Program-made: the position numbers and the translations under genes | Notes under the pieces: model-generated | Database searches by the model: none | Told to the model about the DNA's origin: nothing | Seen by the model: the letters and a program-made list of their open reading frames with translations, nothing else | Source: Planctomycetota bacterium | Lineage (GTDB): Bacteria > Planctomycetota > SZUA-567 > H5-PLA8 | Reading direction: 5' to 3' | Length of the DNA: 50,630 nt | Assembly: GCA_045863855.1 (NCBI GenBank) | Contig: BTVV01000037.1 | Coordinates: 1-50,630 of the forward strand | Shown here: positions 1-7,531 of the stretch, piece after piece | Layout of the letters: each line of letters opens with the position of its first letter | Position numbering within the stretch: the first letter of the stretch is position 1

Positions 1-496
1 CTTCAATGAAGCGGCGGTGGTCGTCGGGCTTCACTTCGCGCTGGATCACCGTCGCGGCCATCTCGGCGGTGAATTCGACCAGCCGAGTGCGCAGCTCGGC
101 GATGGCCTGCTCTTGTGCAAGCCCGATCTCGCGCTTGGCCCGCTCGAGCATCTTGGTCGCTTCGGCTTGCGCCGCCGCCTGGATCTCGTCGCGCACCTTG
201 ATCGCGTCGCGCTTGCCTTCTTCGATGATCGCGGTGGCTTCTTCCTTGGCCACGGCCAGGCGCTTCTCGTATTCGGTCGCCTTCTGCTCGGCTTCCTTGA
301 AGCGCGCGTCCGCGTCGGCAATCTTCTTGCCGATGCGCTGCTCGCGTTCGTCCAAAGCCTTCAGCAGCGGGCCCCAGGCGAACTTCCACAGCACCGCCAG
401 CAGCGTGAAGAAAACCACGCAAGTCCAGACCAGGACTTGCATTTCCGGAAGCAGGAAGTCCGCTCCGGCGCCCAAAACGCACAGTTTCCCGAGCAT
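1..496 (-). CDS. atpF: F0F1 ATP synthase subunit b (runs off the window edge)
   Basis: Manual translation from the ATG at 496 (alternative GTG at 505): MLGKLCVLGAGADFLLPEMQVLVWTCVVFFTLLAVLWKFAWGPLLKALDEREQRI...AQAEATKMLERAKREI. One N-terminal TM helix with the AWGP motif, then a coiled coil. Lies directly downstream of atpE. Not in the ORF track because no stop codon falls inside the window. Confidence 0.95.
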   Translation of the reverse strand, partial: MLGKLCVLGAGADFLLPEMQVLVWTCVVFFTLLAVLWKFAWGPLLKALDEREQRIGKKIADADARFKEAEQKATEYEKRLAVAKEEATAIIEEGKRDAIKVRDEIQAAAQAEATKMLERAKREIGLAQEQAIAELRTRLVEFTAEMAATVIQREVKPDDHRRFIE

Positions 497-576
497 GTTC
501 TTCACCCTGCCCTGCGCCTACGCGACCACACGAGGACCCGCGCCCGCGGATCCCCGCCGCTCACGACTACGCTAAC

Positions 577-951
577 TTAGCGCTGCGAAACGGCTTCGCC
601 GTCTTGCACCTTGAGGCTGACCGCCGGCGCTTCCGGAGCATCGGCCTTCGTGTGCTTCTCGGCCGGAGCAGCTGGAGCCTTATCCACGGCCTTCATGTAC
701 ACGTCCTTCGGGTTGAGCAGGATCGCCACGATCAGCGCGAAGAACGTAAAGCCTTCGATCAGCGCGCCTAGCACGATCGCCGTACCGCGGATGTTGCCGG
801 CCGCTTCGGGCTGCCGAGCGATACCTTCCATCGCCGCCGCCGCCAGCTTGCCGATGCCGTAGGCCGCGCCGATGACCAGCAGCCCCAGACCCAGGCCCAT
901 GCCAATCAAGGCCAGACCGTAATCGCCACCCACCTGCGCCAAAGTCAACAT
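577..951 (-). CDS. atpE: F0F1 ATP synthase subunit c with a C-terminal extension
   Basis: GxGxGxG-like helix 1, ARQPE loop, carboxylate in ALIEGFTFF. RBS AGGAGGAG upstream of the ATG at 951. Confidence 0.95.
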   Translation of the reverse strand: MLTLAQVGGDYGLALIGMGLGLGLLVIGAAYGIGKLAAAAMEGIARQPEAAGNIRGTAIVLGALIEGFTFFALIVAILLNPKDVYMKAVDKAPAAPAEKHTKADAPEAPAVSLKVQDGEAVSQR

Positions 952-1047
952 GACTGAACTCCTCCTCCTGCGCGTTCTCGGGTCCGGCACGCGCCGGCCC
1001 TCGTCCTGCACCCACACCAACCCGCTGCGGTACGCAGCCCCCGTTGC

Positions 1048-1968
1048 CTAGTGCTCCGGGTGAACTGCCGCGCCCACAAAGATCACCGACAGCATCGTAA
1101 ACACGTACGCCTGAATGAAGCAGACCAGGATTTCCAGCATCGAGATGCCCAGCGCCAGCGGGACACCGACGAAGATCATGCCGACCGCGATGCCCGTCGG
1201 CAGCGCTCCGCCTACCACCCCTAGGGCCAGGATGTTCGAGATCACCAAGTGGCCGGCGATCATGTTCGCGAATAGACGCACGCACAAGACGCCGCACTTG
1301 ATCACCGGGCCCATGAACTCCAGCAGGAACATCAGCGGCCACATCGGCCACGGCGTGCCGGGCGGGACCATGTGCAGGAAGTAGTGCGCGAAGCCCTGAT
1401 TGGCGATGCCCAGCAACGTCAGGATGACCCAGACCGAGACGCCTAAGACCAGCGTCACTCCGAAGTTACCCGTCACGCCGCCGAATTCGGGGATCATCCC
1501 GCACAGGTTGCAGGAGAGGATGAAGAAGAAGTAGGTCAGGAAGAGCGGCGTGTAGTGCGCCGCGTGGTGCCCGCCGGCGGGAATGACCAGCTCGTCGCGC
1601 ACGAAGAGCAAGAGCGCTTCGACGGCGTTGGCCAAGCGTCCGCGGGTCGGTTCGTCGCGCCCGACGTTGTTCAACACTTTGCGTGCAATGCCGGTGATCA
1701 CAAGGGCTAGCAGGAACGCGATGACCGTCAGCCCGGTCATGTGCTTGGTGAATTCGAGCTTCAGCGGGCCGATCGTCTGAGGCGCATAGCCGGCGTATTC
1801 GAGATGCCCATGGTCGCCGTAGGGCTTCCAATACAGCTTGCCGTCGGCGCCCAAGCCGAGCATCACCTTGTCCATGATGTGGTGCATGGGGTCGCCGCCG
1901 CCCCCACCGTGATCGGCGTGGGCTTCGTGGGCGCCTTCTGCGTGCGGAGCGTGCGCTTCTTCAGCCAT
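1048..1968 (-). CDS. atpB: F0F1 ATP synthase subunit a
   Basis: VRLFANMIAGH with the conserved Arg; LEILVCFIQAYVF motif; multiple TM helices. Confidence 0.97.
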   Translation of the reverse strand: MAEEAHAPHAEGAHEAHADHGGGGGDPMHHIMDKVMLGLGADGKLYWKPYGDHGHLEYAGYAPQTIGPLKLEFTKHMTGLTVIAFLLALVITGIARKVLNNVGRDEPTRGRLANAVEALLLFVRDELVIPAGGHHAAHYTPLFLTYFFFILSCNLCGMIPEFGGVTGNFGVTLVLGVSVWVILTLLGIANQGFAHYFLHMVPPGTPWPMWPLMFLLEFMGPVIKCGVLCVRLFANMIAGHLVISNILALGVVGGALPTGIAVGMIFVGVPLALGISMLEILVCFIQAYVFTMLSVIFVGAAVHPEH

Positions 1969-2368
1969 GGCGTTCGGACGATGACTCCGTAGAACCTTGG
2001 TCCACCAACACTTGCATCAGCCAGTATGACTCCAAGAACAGCAACGCCAAGTACGTCGCGGCCATGGTCAGCAGCGCGGTCTTAAACTCCGGTCCGCGCC
2101 ACGCCGAAAAGCCCCAGGACAAGCCACCCAGCAGCGCCAAGCGGAGCAAAAAGCCCGCGCCCCAGACGCCCCAGATGTCCTTCTTCCCCGCCGACTTAGC
2201 CTGGGCTCGCGCATGCCGGGTTTTAATCACCCAGCCGCAGACGAAGCCCACCGCGCCGAGCAAACCGCCGCCCAGCGCGCCCGCGTACACGTCCGCCCGC
2301 GGGCCGATCCATTCTCCCGCCGCCAGGACGGCCGCGATCAGAAGTACCGCGCCCGCCGCCGCTTTCAC
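1961..2368 (-). CDS. atpI: ATP synthase protein I-like membrane protein
   Basis: Four hydrophobic segments; immediately upstream of atpB and overlapping it. Confidence 0.7.
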   Translation of the reverse strand: MKAAAGAVLLIAAVLAAGEWIGPRADVYAGALGGGLLGAVGFVCGWVIKTRHARAQAKSAGKKDIWGVWGAGFLLRLALLGGLSWGFSAWRGPEFKTALLTMAATYLALLFLESYWLMQVLVDQGSTESSSERHG

Positions 2369-2384
2369 GCGCGCACTCCGGCGC

Positions 2385-2603
2385 CTACAAGCTCGACTTC
2401 AGGAAGTGGTACAAGCCCACGACCACTCCAAACATCCCAAAACCCACGGTGCCCCAAGGCGACCAGCCGAATTTGCCGTCCAGCCAGTACCCCAGCGCCG
2501 TAAAGCCCCCGATCGCAACGGCCAACTGCATGCCTAAGTTCAGGTACTGCAAGCCGTTAGGCGGCTCTTTTCGCTTCGGCGGTTGCGCCTCCGGTTCGTT
2601 CAT
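2385..2603 (-). CDS. AtpZ/AtpI-family small membrane protein
   Basis: 72 aa with the pattern LGMQLA...LGYWLDGKFG.SPWG...G..GV..GLY, typical of the first gene of atp operons. Confidence 0.85.
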   Translation of the reverse strand: MNEPEAQPPKRKEPPNGLQYLNLGMQLAVAIGGFTALGYWLDGKFGWSPWGTVGFGMFGVVVGLYHFLKSSL

Positions 2604-3224
2604 CCGCCCGCTCCGCCCGACGCCTTTGGCGACGGTTCAACGCCACCGAACGAGCCAGCCGCATCCGGGGGCGCCAAACTCAAGGAGCATTACGTGCGGC
2701 GTAGACCGAGGACGCAACTCCCTTGCCTGCCTGGGTGTTACCCCAGCACAGCGAACGATGCTCACGTGCAACTATGAAGCCTTATGAATTAGTCTTGGAA
2801 ACCGGGAAGTCAAGCAAAGGTCAGATAGGAAGTATGGAAATTTTGGACGAGGCGGGCGCTCGGAGGCGCTTCGGACGCGCGGCGTCGCACGCACGTCGTT
2901 CGATTTTTGCCGCTCGGGACGCTATATCGCTCAGGGTGCATACCGCGCGGGGGATTCCCGTACCGATCGGTCAGAACCGCTGCACGTCGGGCAAATATTC
3001 GATCGTGCCATATTTCTGCTATATTTTCGATACGCTTTAGGTATGCGATTTCGAGCGTTTTTGCACTGGTGCAATCGGCAAAATTCAAAATTTTGGCGAA
3101 AAGATGCCGGTCCGCGGCTTCGTGCGGCCGGCTTTCGATTTCGGTTCGCGGGGTTTGAAGGCAGGGCGCTTGGTTGAAGGGTGTGGCGCGGGGCGCTTCC
3201 GCGGGTGACGTGCGAGCGCATTCG

Positions 3225-3956
3225 TCATGCCGCATGCGGAGCTTGCGGGGACTCGTATCGAACCACGGCACGCCACCACCCGATCCAACCCCAGAGCATG
3301 GCGATACTGCCGGCGAAGCCGATCAGGTCGATCATGGCCCAAAGCGAAAACAGCGACAGGTCATCGCGCATGGCCTGCGCTAAGAAAAAGAGGCCCCACG
3401 CCACGACGCCGTCCACCCAAGGCAGCAGGGCCAGCCAGAAGATCATGGTGGATTGGCCGCGCAGCCGAAGGGCGCTCAGGAAGCAAAGCGCGCCGGCCAG
3501 GAGGTAGATCGATAGCAGCCCCAGCGCGAACGTTAATGCCTCCTCCGAGGATTCCTGAGCCAAGCGGAATCCGGCGAAGAAGTAGCAGGGCACCAAGGAA
3601 GCCAGCCACAACACCCCGGCGAGGAACACTTGCGGCAGGCGCCGGGCTCCGGGCCGCAGCACGGAAGGCCAGCAAATGAAAATGCCCACCAGCCCGTTGA
3701 GCAGCACAGGGAAAAAGAACCAGGAGCTTCCGATGAGGAAGTAGGAGCAATAGGCGGGCGACATGCTGGGACTGACGTCGCCGATGGCCAACTCGTATAA
3801 CGAGTGGATCTCGTTCACGACCGATTGGCCGGACAGCACGAGCGCCACCAGCACGACCAAATAGAACAGGACTCCGCAGCGCGCCAGTCGACGCCAGCCC
3901 TTGCCTGGGTCCGCAAGATAGGCCGGTTGCAGCACGGCGCCTCCCGGTGAAGCCAC
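3225..3956 (-). CDS. Hypothetical integral membrane protein
   Basis: 243-aa ORF with about six hydrophobic segments; no recognised motif; start codon uncertain. Confidence 0.6.
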   Translation of the reverse strand: MASPGGAVLQPAYLADPGKGWRRLARCGVLFYLVVLVALVLSGQSVVNEIHSLYELAIGDVSPSMSPAYCSYFLIGSSWFFFPVLLNGLVGIFICWPSVLRPGARRLPQVFLAGVLWLASLVPCYFFAGFRLAQESSEEALTFALGLLSIYLLAGALCFLSALRLRGQSTMIFWLALLPWVDGVVAWGLFFLAQAMRDDLSLFSLWAMIDLIGFAGSIAMLWGWIGWWRAVVRYESPQAPHAA

Positions 3957-4104
3957 CTCATTTTGGCGTAAGGTTCTAAACAGTAATCGGGATGGGGTGT
4001 TTCAACGAATTTTGCGTCCCCTTGTTGCGCGAGGTATGCGGCTGAGTAAGCGGGGCGTGCTTGGGCCTTGCTTGGTTGAACTTCGCAGCTAGGCTCGATG
4101 CGGG

Positions 4105-4164
4105 TGGTGAGGCGCGGAGCAGCGCCAACGGCGCCTGCGGCGGGGCGCCCGCTCCAGGCCACCC
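4105..4164. repeat. ~60-bp dispersed repeat, copy 1 (upstream of ORF 4263)
   Basis: tggtgaggcgcggagcagcgccaacggcgcctgcggcggggcgcccgctccaggccaccc aligns end to end with 4798-4859. Confidence 0.8.
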
Positions 4165-4262
4165 GACGCCTGCTATTGGTCGGCCGCCCAATATTTCAAA
4201 TACCTTGAGGTGGAGATAAATAAGTCAACTTTCGAGTTGCAGGCATAAGAAGGAAGATTGAA

Positions 4263-4682
4263 ATGAGCCTTGGACTCTTTGGTATTAGGTTCTTTCTCCA
4301 AATCCACCTCCTAACTTGCATCATTTTGCTTATGGTAAGCGCATTCTTTATGTGGTTGAACTGGGAAAGCGAAAGGCTTTGTGACTATTCGACAAGTGGT
4401 GGAGTGTTTCAAAAGGTAGTACACAAAGGATGGCCCATGGAGGCTATTGCAGAAGTTTCTACAGGTAAGCTGGATGGTAGCTATACAAAAGTCGAATATC
4501 GGTTAACCGAGACGGTATACGGAAAATCTCGATATGGACCTGTAGTTCATAATTTTCTTATTACGCTATTGTCTGTAGTCTTTTTTGCCATCACTATCGA
4601 ATATGTTTTGCGTAATACTTCAGCCAGAGCGAACGCAAAGCCTGCCAAGGGTCCGGCCCCGCGCAAGGAGACCGGCAAATGA
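4263..4682 (+). CDS. Hypothetical two-TM membrane protein (QIHL...GWP pattern), AT-rich
   Basis: N- and C-terminal hydrophobic helices flank a soluble loop containing GWP. Purine-rich RBS-like region upstream. GC clearly lower than the flanks. Confidence 0.7.
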   Translation: MSLGLFGIRFFLQIHLLTCIILLMVSAFFMWLNWESERLCDYSTSGGVFQKVVHKGWPMEAIAEVSTGKLDGSYTKVEYRLTETVYGKSRYGPVVHNFLITLLSVVFFAITIEYVLRNTSARANAKPAKGPAPRKETGK

Positions 4683-4797
4683 CCTCGCCGCACATTTAGA
4701 TGCTCGCCGTGGAGCAAGTGACCGGACCTTACATCGCGCGCGGCAAGTGGGGTTGGATCGTGGTGAGCGGGAGGGGAACGAACGCCGATACGACTGC

Positions 4798-4859
4798 TGG
4801 TGAGGCACGGAGCTAGCACACGGCGCTTGCTACGTGGCGCTCGCGGGTCCAGGCCACCC
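4798..4859. repeat. ~60-bp dispersed repeat, copy 2 (upstream of ORF 4901)
   Basis: tggtgaggcacggagctagcacacggcgcttgctacgtggcgctcgcgggtccaggccaccc; same ends as copy 1. Confidence 0.8.
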
Positions 4860-4900
4860 ACCCAATCCTCTATCCTCTCAAGTATAGGTAAGGAGCACCC

Positions 4901-5413
4901 ATGGGAAGCGTAGAGTTAGCCATTCCTATCGACGTTCCTTGGCGAGTGGATTTTAGCGGCCAGAGCTTGAAGGCATGCCTCTCGCCAGATGGAAGTGCCA
5001 CCTTGGAATTTGTGGCTTATTATGGCCCTACGGATTTGAACGAAGACCCTGGTGAGTTAAAGGGTAGACCACAGTACCCAGTCAGAATTGTTGTTATAGA
5101 ATTAAAATACGTGCTTCATTTTGAGTGGAAGCATAAATTTGACGAAGGCTCTTCAAGGCGAGATGAGGTTGACCTGAGTAGAATCCCATTCCGCTTGAAG
5201 GACTTTAAGAGTGTATCTGAATACGAAAAGGCATGGTCCGCCCTGGGGAAGTGCCCAGATCCAATGGTTTACCGGATTCAAAATTCAAACCTCTTGAATT
5301 CACTGGTCGCAAAAGGCGTAATAGAAAGTGGTTACTTTATTCACCTTCTGGTGGTTTCTAGGAATGCTACTGTAGATGGTGTTTGTAATGAATGGGAATG
5401 GAGAAAAGCATAA
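4901..5413 (+). CDS. Hypothetical cytoplasmic protein, AT-rich (possibly immunity-like)
   Basis: Clear RBS (AAGGAG) before the ATG; 170 aa; low GC; C-terminal G.CPDP..Y.I.NS...H...W.W pattern. Confidence 0.75.
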   Translation: MGSVELAIPIDVPWRVDFSGQSLKACLSPDGSATLEFVAYYGPTDLNEDPGELKGRPQYPVRIVVIELKYVLHFEWKHKFDEGSSRRDEVDLSRIPFRLKDFKSVSEYEKAWSALGKCPDPMVYRIQNSNLLNSLVAKGVIESGYFIHLLVVSRNATVDGVCNEWEWRKA

Positions 5414-5638
5414 GCCGGCGGCACGGTCAGTCCCTCTACTGCTCGTAAACGTGTCACCCTTTAAGGATTTGGCGCCACGGCATGCAGCGTTCATCACCGA
5501 TGATTTCTACTGCAGGAATGCTGGTGAACGAAGCGGAGGGGAGCGGCGTTTGCCTGTTGTAGATATTTCGCGTGCGGCGCAGCAGGCAATAGGCAGGCGG
5601 GGTTTGCACCGAGTCGGTTTAACGCAGGAGACGAGCTC

Positions 5639-5887
5639 GTGTCTGTGTGGAGCTTGCTTCGAAAACGAGATCTGGAACTATGCACGCTAAGTTTGGTGGC
5701 AATTTTGGTTTCTTTGGAGGTGCTGAGGCACTGGAAGTATCCCGATGAATTTCGATATATGCTGATCATTACCTATATTGTCCTAGGGCCGTGCGGATGT
5801 GCGCTCATTTGGAGCCAACTTAAAAACGAAAGGGTATTCGCCTACTTCTGCTGGTGGAGCATCGGGTTCGTTTTCATACTTGCTTAG
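5639..5887 (+). CDS. Small hypothetical membrane protein, AT-rich
   Basis: GGAG upstream of a GTG start; 82 aa with three hydrophobic stretches; low GC like the neighbouring ORFs. Confidence 0.5.
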   Translation: MSVWSLLRKRDLELCTLSLVAILVSLEVLRHWKYPDEFRYMLIITYIVLGPCGCALIWSQLKNERVFAYFCWWSIGFVFILA

Positions 5888-5991
5888 CTCTACGCCTCCT
5901 GCCGGCGCGCTTCTTTCGCGGTATAGCCGTGTCGATATTCTGCGTCGAAGGTCCGCGCGCCGGGGACGTGGCGGCTCGAACGTGCGTTCAG

Positions 5992-6010
5992 CGCGTCCCT
6001 GCGGGACGCG
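5992..6010. repeat. Short perfect hairpin CGCGTCCC-TGC-GGGACGCG (REP-like)
   Basis: 8-bp perfect inverted repeat directly before the tandem repeat cluster. Confidence 0.55.
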
Positions 6011-6013
6011 AAG

Positions 6014-6241
6014 GGCGACGGCACCGCCCCCCACCACTTACGCTCCTTTGGTAAGGGAGAGAAGGTCAACGGCACTACGGCGACGGGCATACCACCCCCT
6101 CTAACTCCCCCTTGCAAAGGGGGAGAAGCTTCCGGGACTACGGCGACGGCACCCCCTCCTAACTCTCCCTTTTTAAGGGGGAGAAACTGAAGGGCTACGT
6201 CCTCTCCACCCCTCTGGCCCCCCCCTTGGTAAGGGGGAGCG
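6014..6241. repeat. Four tandem degenerate ~60-bp REP-like units with a CCCCCTT-nn-AAGGGGG hairpin
   Basis: Units end in ctcctttggtaagggagagaa, ctcccccttgcaaagggggagaa, ctctccctttttaagggggagaa and cccccttggtaagggggag. Units 1-3 begin with (ctac)ggcgacgg. Confidence 0.85.
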
Positions 6242-6332
6242 CTTTCCGGGGTGGCTGGAGGCGGGTGATAAAATGCTCAAAATCTTGGGGCGCTGGGGCG
6301 GGTGGCAGTGTATGTTGGTATATGAATCAGAT

Positions 6333-6407
6333 TTAATACAGAACTGATACAGTTGGCTTAATGGATTACAGGCGCACTGGGTCTTCTCTTGATACAGCTT
6401 GATACAA
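6333..6407. promoter_or_regulatory. Candidate operator: repeated T(G/A)ATACA boxes upstream of the GntR-type regulator
   Basis: ttaatacag (6333), ctgatacag (6344, inside the palindrome AACTG-ATA-CAGTT), ttgatacag (6389) and ttgatacaa (6399), all in an AT-rich patch. Confidence 0.5.
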
Positions 6408-7495
6408 CGGTCGAGGCGGCTGCGCGGCGCAATGCGATGCAGGTGATGCAGGCGTTGCGGATGCAGATCGAGGCGGGGGCGCTGCCGGGCGGGACGTATC
6501 TGCCGGCGGTGCGGAAGCTGAGCAAGGCGTACGGCGTGGCGGCGAACACGGTCTTGCGCGCGGTGCGGATGCTGATCGAGCAGGGCTTGCTGGAGGCTCG
6601 GCCGCGGCGCGGGTACCTCATCCTGGAGTCCAAGCCGGCGGCGGTCTCGTTCGCGTACTTGATGTCGACGCAGAATATCTACGCGGGCTTCGACGCGCTC
6701 TACAAGCGCTTGATGCAGGACTTTCGGAATAGCGCCGGATCGCGCGGCGAGCATTGCACGACGATCGTGCTGAATCCGGGCGACGAGCGGCACACGGTGG
6801 AGCAGCACGGGCTCGAGCGCGTGAACGGCTTGGTGCTCGATACGCCCAACGAGTTCCTGATCGCGTGGGCGCGCAAGCAGCGGATCGCGGCGGTGCTGAT
6901 CGACGACGTGGACGTTCGCCGGCGCGTGCCTGCGGCGGTGCAGGATAATTTCGGCGGCAGCTTGGCGGCGGCGGAGCATCTGATGGGGGCGGGTTGTTCG
7001 CGGATCGCGTGGTTCGGCAAGTCGCTGGATCATCATCACGCTCAGGCGCGTTACGGCGGTGCGGCGGCGGGCTTGGCGGCGGCGGGCCGGTCGTTCGCGT
7101 CGGAGCATTTTCTGCCGGCGGATGCGTGGGAGAACCCGGGGCTGCTGGAGCGGGCGGCGCGGGAGATGCTGGAGCAGCGTCCCGACGGGGTGCTGGCGTT
7201 CTGGCTGCCGATGGCGGCGGCGGTGGTCGCGGCGGCGCGGAGTTTGGGGTTGAAGATCGGGACGGATTTCCGGTTCGCGGGCTGGGTGTGCGAAGAGCTG
7301 CACGAGTCGTCGTACGCGCCGCTGTTCGAGGCGGAGGTTCCGCCGGCGGTGGTGTGGAGTTCGCGGCGCATGGCGGAGTTGGCGCTGGAGGCGTTGCGTG
7401 CGGCGCCGGAGTTTGCCGACGGGGCGGCGGCGGCGACGTTGGTGCCGTGCGCGTTGCGGGCGACCGGCGCGCGGAGCGGGCCGGCATCGGCCTGA
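6389..7495 (+). CDS. GntR-family regulator with a LacI-type sugar-binding domain (AraR-like architecture)
   Basis: N-terminal wHTH LPAVRKLSKAYGVAANTVLRAVRML..QGLL...PRRGY; C-terminal DN.GG..AAAEHL..G..RIAW. True start may be the ATG at 6437. Confidence 0.9.
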   Translation: MIQLDTTVEAAARRNAMQVMQALRMQIEAGALPGGTYLPAVRKLSKAYGVAANTVLRAVRMLIEQGLLEARPRRGYLILESKPAAVSFAYLMSTQNIYAGFDALYKRLMQDFRNSAGSRGEHCTTIVLNPGDERHTVEQHGLERVNGLVLDTPNEFLIAWARKQRIAAVLIDDVDVRRRVPAAVQDNFGGSLAAAEHLMGAGCSRIAWFGKSLDHHHAQARYGGAAAGLAAAGRSFASEHFLPADAWENPGLLERAAREMLEQRPDGVLAFWLPMAAAVVAAARSLGLKIGTDFRFAGWVCEELHESSYAPLFEAEVPPAVVWSSRRMAELALEALRAAPEFADGAAAATLVPCALRATGARSGPASA

Positions 7496-7531
7496 AGCGG
7501 GCGAGCGCAATTCTATTAAGGAGCCGGTTCG

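Noticed and set aside
2604..3224. oriC or ncRNA in the long AT-richer intergenic region upstream of the atp operon
   Set aside because: No DnaA boxes or recognisable RNA family. Only a weak TTGACT promoter-like element and short palindromes are present; the ORFs listed here look spurious.
4105..4859. Integron attC sites
   Set aside because: No RYYYAAC...GTTRRRY ends on either strand and no integrase in the window. Kept only as an unexplained repeat.
6014..6241. CRISPR array
   Set aside because: The repeats are degenerate, have no unique spacers of constant length, and no cas genes are present.
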